A stretch of DNA of 64,000 nt from Bacteroidales bacterium UBA3810 (GTDB taxonomy: Bacteria; Bacteroidota; Bacteroidia; Bacteroidales; Paludibacteraceae): contig DFEE01000032.1 in the NCBI GenBank assembly GCA_002368645.1, positions 1,511 to 65,510 on the forward strand, given 5' to 3'. Of this stretch, positions 8,339-15,876 are shown piece after piece. Positions within the stretch are counted from its first letter, which is position 1, and every line of letters starts with the position of its first letter. Under the pieces are notes generated by a model, which made no database searches, was not told where the DNA came from, and saw only the letters and a list, made by a program, of their open reading frames with translations. The position numbers were made by a program, and so were the translations under genes.

Positions 8339-8370
8339 TTTGCGTATGTGCAAAATTTGTTGTATCTTTG
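8339..8370 (+). promoter_or_regulatory. promoter of the 8439 ATPase gene (-33 TTTG, -7 TATCTTTG)
   Basis: TTTG at 8339-8342, a 20-nt spacer, then TATCTTTG at 8363-8370. Confidence 0.5.
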
Positions 8371-8438
8371 CACCCGAAAGCAAAATAACTCATTCTATTG
8401 AGTAAAAATACTAAGTGTATTGAGTAAAAATTTGAAGT

Positions 8439-9626
8439 ATGATGCAGCGTACTTATTTTGAATCGATTACGAAGCGATTAAATGAGCCAAGAAAGTTCAT
8501 TCAAATCATCGAAGGACCTCGTCAGGTCGGTAAATCAACGCTTATCAAGCAAGTACTAAAGAGCCTTTCGATGGCTTGGGTGCATTTCTCTGCAGATAAT
8601 GTGCCGGCAACTCGTTCAGCTTGGATCAGCGATTGTTGGGCTACGGCGCGCAATAAACTCCAGATGGAGAAACTTCCCGAGTTGCTGCTGGTTATTGATG
8701 AGGTACAAAAATTACTGAACTGGGGTGAAGTCGTCAAGAAAGAGTGGGATGACGATTCCTTCAATGATGTGCCCATCAAAGTAGTGCTGTTAGGTTCGTC
8801 CCGCGTACGTTTGGAAAAAGGACTAAGCGAAAGCCTCAAAGGACGTTTTGAGACCATTAAAATGCCAAACTGGTCTCTTGCAGAAATGCAAGAAGGCTTT
8901 GGGATGACCATCGACGAATATATCTATTTCGGGGCTTATCCGGGAGCTGCTGATTTGCGTCATGACTTGGATAGATGGCAGGAGTATATCAGTAGTTCCA
9001 TTGTGGACGCGACGATAAACAACGACATTTTGATGGACACTCCTATCGCCAAACCGGCGTTGTTACGTCAGACTTTTGAGTTAAGCAGCGCTTATTCCGG
9101 ACAAGAAGTGTCGCTGACTAAGATGATTGGACAGTTGCAAGACGCTGGAAACACCACTACACTCGCTCATTATTTAGATCTGCTCAAGCAAAGCGGCATG
9201 GTTTGTGGGCTTACTAAGTATGCCGTTGATAAAGCACGCCGCCGTAACTCTATCCCCAAGTATCAAGTCTATAACAATGCATTGATGAGTCTCTATTGCG
9301 AGCATGATTTTGAAGCGGCAAGGGCTGATCATAAATTATGGGGGCGGTTGTTTGAATCCGCAGTCGGAGCACATATCATGAATTGCGCTTATACCGGGCG
9401 GTTTAATGTTTATTATTGGCGCGATGGAGGAGATGAAGTAGATTTTGTATTAGTAAAAGATACAAAGGTCGTGGCTATAGAAGTGAAAAGTAATCACGAA
9501 AAAGACACTTCCGGTCTGCATACTTTCCAAGAGAAATTCCATCCTCATCGATCTGTTCTGGTGGGCGAAGAAGGCATTCCTATTGAGACTTTCTTGGAAT
9601 CAGACTTAAAAGAATTGTTTACGTAA
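8439..9626 (+). CDS. AAA_14 ATPase with C-terminal DUF4143 (PD-(D/E)xK-like) domain
   Basis: Walker A GPRQVGKST and Walker B LLVIDEVQ. The C-terminal DEVDFVLVKDTKVVAIEVKSN fits a D...ExK nuclease-fold signature. Confidence 0.85.
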   Translation: MMQRTYFESITKRLNEPRKFIQIIEGPRQVGKSTLIKQVLKSLSMAWVHFSADNVPATRSAWISDCWATARNKLQMEKLPELLLVIDEVQKLLNWGEVVKKEWDDDSFNDVPIKVVLLGSSRVRLEKGLSESLKGRFETIKMPNWSLAEMQEGFGMTIDEYIYFGAYPGAADLRHDLDRWQEYISSSIVDATINNDILMDTPIAKPALLRQTFELSSAYSGQEVSLTKMIGQLQDAGNTTTLAHYLDLLKQSGMVCGLTKYAVDKARRRNSIPKYQVYNNALMSLYCEHDFEAARADHKLWGRLFESAVGAHIMNCAYTGRFNVYYWRDGGDEVDFVLVKDTKVVAIEVKSNHEKDTSGLHTFQEKFHPHRSVLVGEEGIPIETFLESDLKELFT

Positions 9627-9677
9627 TTCAATGATTTGTAGCACTTTTGTTGTGAAATAAGGCTTACAATCCTAAAA

Positions 9678-9712
9678 CACACGGGCGACTCATTCTTTGA
9701 GCCGCCCGTGTG
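9678..9712 (-). terminator. GC-rich hairpin (copy 1 of a repeated module); T-run follows on the minus strand
   Basis: CACACGGGCG (9678-9687) pairs with CGCCCGTGTG (9703-9712). On the minus strand the stem is followed by TTTTAGG. The hairpin lies between two convergent genes. Confidence 0.5.
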
Positions 9713-9837
9713 AATAAATCTCAAATTAGAAAGTTCGCTTGCGTAAAACGTGTCCCTCAGGGCTAAGAATAATCGTTCGAACTATGCGAGATAAGAAATC
9801 CTCAAATTTCCAATGTAAAACTTTTGGCCGTTACGGT

Positions 9838-11049
9838 TTATAACTGATTCATGCTCAGGAAATGACGCAAATGGATGTGTTTGATTCCTTCCACATCAGA
9901 GATAGAATTGAGCGGATTCATTGAAATGGCCATCTTCGGATAGTTGTTTTTGATAGCTTGCAGATTTCCAAACTCTCTCTTCTCGGTCTCTTCGTCAGCT
10001 ATTAAATAGGCTACTTGTATATATATGGTCTCTTCTCCTTTTTCTGCCACAAAATCAATCTCCGCATTCCGTAACTGCCCGACATGCACGGTATAACCCA
10101 ACCTCAGAAGATGCAGATACACGGCATTCTCAATCCGCTTCTCAATATCATTCGTTTGACGCGTACGGACAAGTTTGTTGCGTATTCCAAGATCCTCGAA
10201 ATAGTACTTGTCATTGCTCTCTAACAGTTGTTTGCCATGAATGTCATACCGCTGAACCCGATAGGTGAGATATGCATTGCAAAGGTATTTGAGATAATTC
10301 TGAATAATGACCGAAGAAAGATTCTCTCCCTGCGAACGAAGGTATTTCATGATCGAGTTTGGAGAAACCAACTTGCCGATAGTATCGCTCACAAAACGGC
10401 TGAGATTGATAAACGAGGTGACATTCCGTATTTGTTCGCGCTGCACAATATCCTTCAACACTATGGTGTCATAAACGCTTTGGATATAGTTCTTTATCTG
10501 CTCCGTATGTTCTAGACCAATAAGTCGCAAATACGGCAGACCGCCCCACAGGAGGTATTTCTCCAAGGCTGCATCGCTGTCCTGCAACTGATGAAAATAG
10601 AGGAACTCGGTATAACTGAGCGCGTGAATAGGTATCTCAATATACCGTGCAGCCAGCAGTGTGGACAATTCGCTACTGAGCATCTTCGCATTGCTGCCGG
10701 TTATTACCACATCCGTTTCTGGCTGTTTGATCCAACTCCGCAACGAACGCTCGAACCCTAAAATATCTTGTATCTCGTCTATGAGGATATAGTTGTGTTT
10801 ACCTTGCGCAATATGAGCGGATAGGTACGCATTCAACTCCTCATGCGTGGTGATTGTATCAAACGCAGCGTCTTCCTTGTCAATATAGATGATATTGGCA
10901 TTAGGATCTGTCTGCTTCTCTTGCGCCAGCAAACGCAGGCACATACTTTTTCCCACACGGCGTTGCCCCGTGAGAACGATGATAATTTGTTTGCCGAGCC
11001 ATTGAGTGATTGCTTGCGTGTAGTACTCTCTGTGTAATAGTTCTTCCAT
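9838..11049 (-). CDS. AAA_14 ATPase with DUF4143-type C-terminal domain (nuclease motif degenerate)
   Basis: Walker A GQRRVGKS and Walker B YILIDEIQ. The C-terminal AEIDFVAEKGEETIYIQVAY has QVA where the paralog has EVK. Confidence 0.85.
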   Translation of the reverse strand: MEELLHREYYTQAITQWLGKQIIIVLTGQRRVGKSMCLRLLAQEKQTDPNANIIYIDKEDAAFDTITTHEELNAYLSAHIAQGKHNYILIDEIQDILGFERSLRSWIKQPETDVVITGSNAKMLSSELSTLLAARYIEIPIHALSYTEFLYFHQLQDSDAALEKYLLWGGLPYLRLIGLEHTEQIKNYIQSVYDTIVLKDIVQREQIRNVTSFINLSRFVSDTIGKLVSPNSIMKYLRSQGENLSSVIIQNYLKYLCNAYLTYRVQRYDIHGKQLLESNDKYYFEDLGIRNKLVRTRQTNDIEKRIENAVYLHLLRLGYTVHVGQLRNAEIDFVAEKGEETIYIQVAYLIADEETEKREFGNLQAIKNNYPKMAISMNPLNSISDVEGIKHIHLRHFLSMNQL

Positions 11050-11072
11050 AGTACTTTTTTTTAAAATCGCTG

Positions 11073-11080
11073 CAAAGATA
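11073..11080 (-). promoter_or_regulatory. -7 box TATCTTTG (minus strand) for the 9838..11049 gene
   Basis: The plus strand reads CAAAGATA, 24 nt upstream of the ATG at 11049. Confidence 0.45.
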
Positions 11081-11185
11081 TAAATTTAATTTAATATATG
11101 CAAATTATTTTGCAAAAATCTAAAGTATATTTAATATTTTATGTGTTTTTGTCGAAAATATTAAGTATATTTACCATTAATACAA

Positions 11186-11216
11186 CACACGGGCGACTCA
11201 TCGAGCCGCCCGTGTG
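11186..11216 (-). terminator. GC-rich hairpin (copy 2 of the repeated module)
   Basis: Same arms as copy 1: CACACGGGCG and CGCCCGTGTG. Same 3' flank GTGAATAAATCTCAAAT as the copy at 9678-9727. Confidence 0.45.
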
Positions 11217-11503
11217 AATAAATCTCAAATGTGAAATCTCAAATCTAAAATGTAAAACAGAGTTTACCTTACCTCTTGTCCTTGGAGAGTATATACCATC
11301 AGCGCAGCGTCAGCGCAAGGTTTGCTGATTTATGGTCATTTGAAACGGGATGGATTCGAGATGATAGCGGTAATGGTTAATGATGACTAAGAATATATAA
11401 GAACAACTAACGCTCAATTTTTGAACATAGCGTTCGAAAAAAAATGCTCTGCTCTATTTGCACTACTGCACTTTGGAGGGGGAAAGTGCAGAAAGTGCAA
11501 CAC

Positions 11504-11544
11504 AAAAAAAATCCCACATATGCAAATATATGCGGGACTTTTTT
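11504..11544. terminator. bidirectional-looking hairpin flanked by an A-run and a T-run
   Basis: The sequence reads A8, then TCCCACATAT, then the loop, then ATATGCGGGA, then CTTTTTT. There is one mismatch in a 10-bp stem. It lies about 30 nt downstream of the small minus-strand ORF. Confidence 0.45.
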
Positions 11545-11572
11545 GGTGAATTATACACAATTTTGTGTAATA

Positions 11573-11698
11573 TTACCACTGTACTGGGTTGACGGTAGAA
11601 CCTTTATCCATGGTCATATTGGCACTTCCGGGGTTCATCAATGCCGAACTTTCGATATGTGCTACTTGCACTTCGGGTTGATTATACGTACGTTTCAT
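11573..11698 (-). CDS. candidate 41-aa small ORF downstream of the 917-aa surface protein gene
   Basis: Not in the track because it is under 60 aa. Translation: MKRTYNQPEVQVAHIESSALMNPGSANMTMDKGSTVNPVQW. It sits 33 nt after the upstream stop and is followed by a terminator-like hairpin. It resembles short MKKxYxxPxxxV ORFs I recall from Bacteroidales genomes; unverified. Confidence 0.3.
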   Translation of the reverse strand: MKRTYNQPEVQVAHIESSALMNPGSANMTMDKGSTVNPVQW

Positions 11699-11731
11699 AA
11701 AATCTCAAATTTTAAATTTCAAATATCAAAT

Positions 11732-14485
11732 TTATTTGATCACCTGGCCCTGTGCGTTGTACTTCACACCGTTCTTGATGATGAACAATTGACCATTCTC
11801 GATGACCTTCTGAGAGCTGATAGCTGAAGGCTGAACGCTCTCCATGCCTGTTGCGGTCTGTTCCTCGCTGAAGACGAAGCGCAGACGACGCGGTGCGTTA
11901 TTAGCACCACCGGGCAGGTTATCGAGGTCGATATATGCCTTGTGTGCCGAGAGTGTATACGGAGCTGACAACGGATAGAAACCAACGAATCCGTCTGCGC
12001 CACTCAATACGTAGCAATGCTCAGAAGGAACTTCCATATTCACATCGGTACCGCGCAAAGCGTTGTTCTCTACGGAAACCGGACTTGCTGCACTCGGGGT
12101 GAGGGTGAAGTCGGCCTGCGATGCTCTGAGAACCACAGCCGTTGCTGCAGGCAGGATATCGCCTGCACCCGCCACTTTCTTGAGCAGCATCTTGTCACCG
12201 CTTACGGTAGCTGTATATGCCTCTACATTAGCCGGCAGTTGCAGCTGACGCGAACCGTCATAGAACGTGCTGTAGTAAACACCATCGTTCACCGGATCCG
12301 GTTTGGCTGTGATATCGACATTCAATGAAGCATATGCATCTTCGGCATCAGTCAGCTTCTGAAGCGTACTTGCATCTATGAGATTTTTCTGAGCCTGCGT
12401 CAAGTTGTTATAAGCCTCACGTGCATCCAGTATTTCTTGGTGGCATGCGTCTGTATAAACAACCGGGTCGTCAATAGCGTTGATCAGATCGATAACTGCA
12501 TCCGCAGCCGCGTGATCAGCCACTAATGCCGCATAAGCAGCCTCGGCATCGGTCAGTTTCTGAAGCGTGGTTGCATCTACGAGTGCTTTCTGTTCTGCGG
12601 TCAGCGCTTCATACGCCGTGCGTGCGGCCGTGATCTCGTCATGACAAGCGGTGGTATAAACAACCGGGTCGTCGATAGCGTTAATCAGATTGACTACTGC
12701 GAGTGCGGCTTCGGCATCGGTCAATTCGCTACAGTTGGTTACATAACCCTTTTGTGTATCGGTCAGCGCGTTGTAAGCCGCACGTGCATCTTCGATAGCC
12801 GTTTGGCTGGTAGCAGTAATCGGCGAACCGATAGCATTAATCTTATCGATCACTGCATCCGCAGCCGCGTGATCAGTCACTAAGGTATTATATGCGGCTT
12901 CCGCATCGGTCAGTGTAGCGTAGTTACCCACCAAAGCTTGCTGGTCGTCGGTCAGCGCGTTGTAAGCTGTACGAACGTCAGCAATAGTAGAACCGCTACT
13001 TAAAGTTACCTCTCCGATGGCAGCAATCTGATTGACTACTGCGAGTGCAGCCTCGGCATCGGTCAGGGTGCTTAAGTTACCTACCAATGCTTTCTGGTCA
13101 TCGGTCAAGTGGTCGTAAGCGTTATGAGCGGCATCGATAGCCGTTTGGCTTGCTGCGGTAATCGGCGAACCGATAGCATTAATCTGATTGACTACTGCGA
13201 GTGCTGCTTCGGCATCGGTCAGGGTGGTGTAGTTGGTAACCAGTGCTTTCTGTTCTGCGGTTAGCGCATTATATGCCGTACGAGCGGAAGAGATAGCCGT
13301 TTGGCTCGCTGCTGTAATCGGCGAACCGATAGCGTTAATCTGAGCAATAACGGCATCCGCTTTCTGCTGATCACTCTGGGCGATGGTCACTTGGAAGTTG
13401 GAACCGCTGTTACCGTTATAATTGGTGTTACCTACTACTTGATAATACACGGTATAGGTGCCCACGTCCGTTCCGGTAGGAATAGATGTGCCCCACGAAC
13501 CGTTGCCTACCTTATATTGCATCGTACCACCGGTAGTTGAACCGGCGTTGACCAATGCTTGTGCCGAACCGGTGTATTTCAATCCTGATTTAGCCGTCGG
13601 AGCAGTTACCGACGGATTGGCTTTGGCGATTGTAACTTGTACACTTCCTGTTCCACTATCTGAAGCACCACCGGTTCCTTTTGCATAGTATTGAACGGTA
13701 TAAGTGCCGGCATTGGTAGCTGTAGGAATAGATGTGCTCCAAGAACCGCTGCCTACCTTATAATACATCGTACCATTCGAAGCTACACCGGCGTTGACCA
13801 ATGCTTTCGCGGAACCGTCATAAGTAAGACCGGTCTTAGCTGTAGGAGCAGTCGTCACCGAAGCTTGATTGACTTGCCAGTTAGCGGTGTAACTCTTGTT
13901 GCCGGTCGAACCTTTGGCAATCGAAACGCTGGTTTGTTTCGTATTACCATTACTTCCAGTCCAACCGGTAAACGTGTAACCGCTACGCGTCGGGTTCTTG
14001 AGCGTAAAAGTAGCGGTCTCGATGTTATAACTCGTCGGGTTACCACTTACCGTACCGCTGTTGAGCGTATAAGAGATCGTGTAGTTTACAGGCGCATAGT
14101 TAACCTGTATCTGGTCGGCAATGTAGTTACCATAGGATGACAAGGTAGTGCTAGTGCTGTTGACATTGCTGACGGTAACGGTGGTACCCGCAGTAGGGTT
14201 GGTGTTACTTAGGGTTCCCGGAGAAGCATTGATATCGTAACTATTATCATAAGCAGAATAAACTCTAAATTCAACTGAGGTAATAGTATATCCCGCCGAT
14301 ACGGAAATCTCTACAGGCATACTCATTAAAACTTTATTAGCACTAACTTGCCAGCACTTCACAGTAACCGGAATGTCTGTATTATCGCCTTTCACAAAAC
14401 TGGTGAACGTCTTGGTGCCTGCCCACATACCCTGCGCTATCGCTAATAGCGCTGTTAGTAAGAAAAATAGTTTAACTTTTCTCAT
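11732..14485 (-). CDS. secreted cell-surface repeat protein (Listeria-Bacteroides repeat, two Ig-like repeats, six helical repeats, C-terminal sorting-like motif)
   Basis: Signal peptide MRKVKLFFLLTALLAIAQG. YTISYTLNSGTVSGNPTSYNIETATFTLKNPTRSGYTFTGWTG matches the Listeria-Bacteroides (Flg_new) repeat. There are two roughly 80-aa copies of TAPTAK.GL.Y.GSA.ALVNAG...GTM.YKVG.GSW and six helical repeats. The C-terminus is ENGQLFIIKNGVKYNAQGQVIK. Confidence 0.85.
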   Translation of the reverse strand: MRKVKLFFLLTALLAIAQGMWAGTKTFTSFVKGDNTDIPVTVKCWQVSANKVLMSMPVEISVSAGYTITSVEFRVYSAYDNSYDINASPGTLSNTNPTAGTTVTVSNVNSTSTTLSSYGNYIADQIQVNYAPVNYTISYTLNSGTVSGNPTSYNIETATFTLKNPTRSGYTFTGWTGSNGNTKQTSVSIAKGSTGNKSYTANWQVNQASVTTAPTAKTGLTYDGSAKALVNAGVASNGTMYYKVGSGSWSTSIPTATNAGTYTVQYYAKGTGGASDSGTGSVQVTIAKANPSVTAPTAKSGLKYTGSAQALVNAGSTTGGTMQYKVGNGSWGTSIPTGTDVGTYTVYYQVVGNTNYNGNSGSNFQVTIAQSDQQKADAVIAQINAIGSPITAASQTAISSARTAYNALTAEQKALVTNYTTLTDAEAALAVVNQINAIGSPITAASQTAIDAAHNAYDHLTDDQKALVGNLSTLTDAEAALAVVNQIAAIGEVTLSSGSTIADVRTAYNALTDDQQALVGNYATLTDAEAAYNTLVTDHAAADAVIDKINAIGSPITATSQTAIEDARAAYNALTDTQKGYVTNCSELTDAEAALAVVNLINAIDDPVVYTTACHDEITAARTAYEALTAEQKALVDATTLQKLTDAEAAYAALVADHAAADAVIDLINAIDDPVVYTDACHQEILDAREAYNNLTQAQKNLIDASTLQKLTDAEDAYASLNVDITAKPDPVNDGVYYSTFYDGSRQLQLPANVEAYTATVSGDKMLLKKVAGAGDILPAATAVVLRASQADFTLTPSAASPVSVENNALRGTDVNMEVPSEHCYVLSGADGFVGFYPLSAPYTLSAHKAYIDLDNLPGGANNAPRRLRFVFSEEQTATGMESVQPSAISSQKVIENGQLFIIKNGVKYNAQGQVIK
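12320..13369 (-). repeat. six intragenic tandem repeats (52-67 aa each) inside the surface protein gene
   Basis: Repeat starts at aa 379, 431, 483, 545, 597 and 664. Consensus: V(I/V)xxINAIGxxxxxSxxxIxxARxAYxxLTxxQKxLVxNxxxLTDAEAA. Long near-identical DNA segments are visible, for example CCGATAGCATTAATCTGATTGACTACTGCGAGTGC. Confidence 0.8.
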
Positions 14486-14562
14486 AATTGAAATTGTTTT
14501 TAGTTAATATTTAATTAGCTATATATACACGAAAAAAGCGTGCGTTTTGCGTTCGCTTCAAT

Positions 14563-14700
14563 TTGATGATTTGAGGTCCTAGACTTACCTTAACTATTCA
14601 AATTTACGCACGGAAAACTCACGCTGACACGTGAGCGTGCATAAACCGTGCTTGAATAGTTAATGATTTTGTAAACTTGTCTAGGGTTTCAAATCATCAA
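14563..14700. repeat. 138-nt multi-stem inverted repeat in the 5' region of the surface protein gene
   Basis: Outer arms 14563-14584 and 14679-14700 give 22 positions, 19 Watson-Crick plus 3 that are G-U only in a plus-sense transcript. Inner perfect 12-bp stem pairs 14590-14601 with 14652-14663. The inner hairpin CTCACG/CGTGAG pairs 14618-14623 with 14630-14635. Confidence 0.6.
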
Positions 14701-15316
14701 GTCGGGCTTATTACGCTTAAGTATGTATGTGGCGCACGCTTGCGCCAACGATGCAAAAATCCTTTGCGCTGCAAAGGTACACAAAAAAAATGACATATGC
14801 AAGAAAATATGTCATTTTTGTATATTTTTAGTGTTTTTCGGCTTATAACGCTATTTATGGCGCACGCTTTGCGCCTATTTGCTATGTCCTCCTGTTTAAC
14901 GTCAGTGAGTGACGGTGGTTTATGCTTTGGGCAATTGAGGTAGCCCAGAGATATTGTTGGTTATTGCATTTTGCGCTGCAAAGATACTATTTTTTAATGA
15001 GTTCTGCAAAAAAAAGTGAGAATTTTGCACTTATTGGTGCAAAACGTTGCAAGAAAGAAAATAAATGTATATCTTTGCAGGCAAAGATGGATTGTGTAGG
15101 CGCGTAGCTGACGTTGCTTGCAGCCGACGAAGAGAGACAGATAGGTAAGAGGAGAAAAATCAGAGGGTATCAGAGGGGAAAGGTAATGATTAATGGAGAT
15201 GCGGCGTTGAAGCGGCTTAGCCAGGGACCATGAACCCAAGTACCCTATATTAATGGTGACAGGTGAAGGATGAAGCCTATATGATAAGTGCATGAAGAGT
15301 CGGGGATCTATGCAGA

Positions 15317-15393
15317 ATTGTGCGTTTATTGTGCGTTTATTGTCCGTTTATTGTGCGGTTATTGTCCGGTTATTGTGCGGTTATTGTGCGGTG
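15317..15393. repeat. 11-bp tandem repeat x7 (ATTGTSCGKTT)
   Basis: Seven contiguous units: ATTGTGCGTTT x2, ATTGTCCGTTT, ATTGTGCGGTT, ATTGTCCGGTT, ATTGTGCGGTT, ATTGTGCGGTG. Confidence 0.85.
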
Positions 15394-15428
15394 TGGTCGC
15401 GTTACAGTCAGCGTGATTTTCGTTATCA

Positions 15429-15476
15429 GGATACCGGGATACCAGGATACCAGGATGCCGGGTAACCGGTGACCGG
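15429..15476. repeat. 8-bp tandem repeat x6 (GGATACCR-type)
   Basis: Six units: GGATACCG, GGATACCA, GGATACCA, GGATGCCG, GGTAACCG, GTGACCGG. Confidence 0.8.
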
Positions 15477-15509
15477 AGTGGAAGTCATAGAGGCGGGATG
15501 TAAGGAGTC

Positions 15510-15587
15510 GGAGAAGTGGGAGGTTAGAGAAGTGGTAGAGTTGGAGAAGTGGGAGGTTAGAGAAGTGAGAGGTTGGAGAAGTGGGAG
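15510..15587. repeat. purine-rich 32/33-bp tandem repeat x2.4
   Basis: GGAGAAGTGGGAGGTTAGAGAAGTGGTAGAGTT, then GGAGAAGTGGGAGGTTAGAGAAGTGAGAGGTT, then GGAGAAGTGGGAG. It overlaps the 3' end of the DUF1294 gene. Confidence 0.85.
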
Positions 15588-15868
15588 TAGTAATAGTAAC
15601 CTGCGGTGAGGGCGATGGCGATTTGGAGGATGAGGATGAGCGGGATGCCGATTCGGAACTTGGTGTGGAGGGTTTTATGGTGCCAGAGTTTCATGCCGAA
15701 GAGAGCACCCATACTTCCGCCGGCAACGGCTATCCAGAGTAGTGCGGCTTCCGTGATGCGCCATTTGCTATGTTTGGACTTCCATTTATCAACGCCGTAC
15801 AAGAAAAACGCGACAATGTTCATTGCCGCGAGGTAAAGCAGTATGGCATACAGTAGATATTGGCGCAT
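15557..15868 (-). CDS. DUF1294 family membrane protein
   Basis: The pattern YGVDKWKSKHSKWRITEAALLWIAVAGGSMGALFGMKLWHHKTLHTKF is characteristic of DUF1294. The last roughly 10 codons are encoded by the purine-rich repeat. Confidence 0.75.
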   Translation of the reverse strand: MRQYLLYAILLYLAAMNIVAFFLYGVDKWKSKHSKWRITEAALLWIAVAGGSMGALFGMKLWHHKTLHTKFRIGIPLILILQIAIALTAGYYYYSHFSNLSLL

Positions 15869-15876
15869 TCAATAGG

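Noticed and set aside
11444-11827. 127-aa plus-strand ORF
   Set aside because: It runs through two terminator-like hairpins, is antisense to the small ORF and the 3' end of the 917-aa gene, and has a Cys/His-rich odd composition.
14922-15293. 61-aa (+) and 99-aa (-) ORFs in the 1-kb spacer
   Set aside because: They have no promoter/start context or family resemblance, and they overlap each other in a repeat-rich, purine-skewed region.
15317-15587. Possible CRISPR array
   Set aside because: The units are 8-33 bp and directly abutting without unique spacers. No cas genes or leader are present. These are simple tandem repeats.
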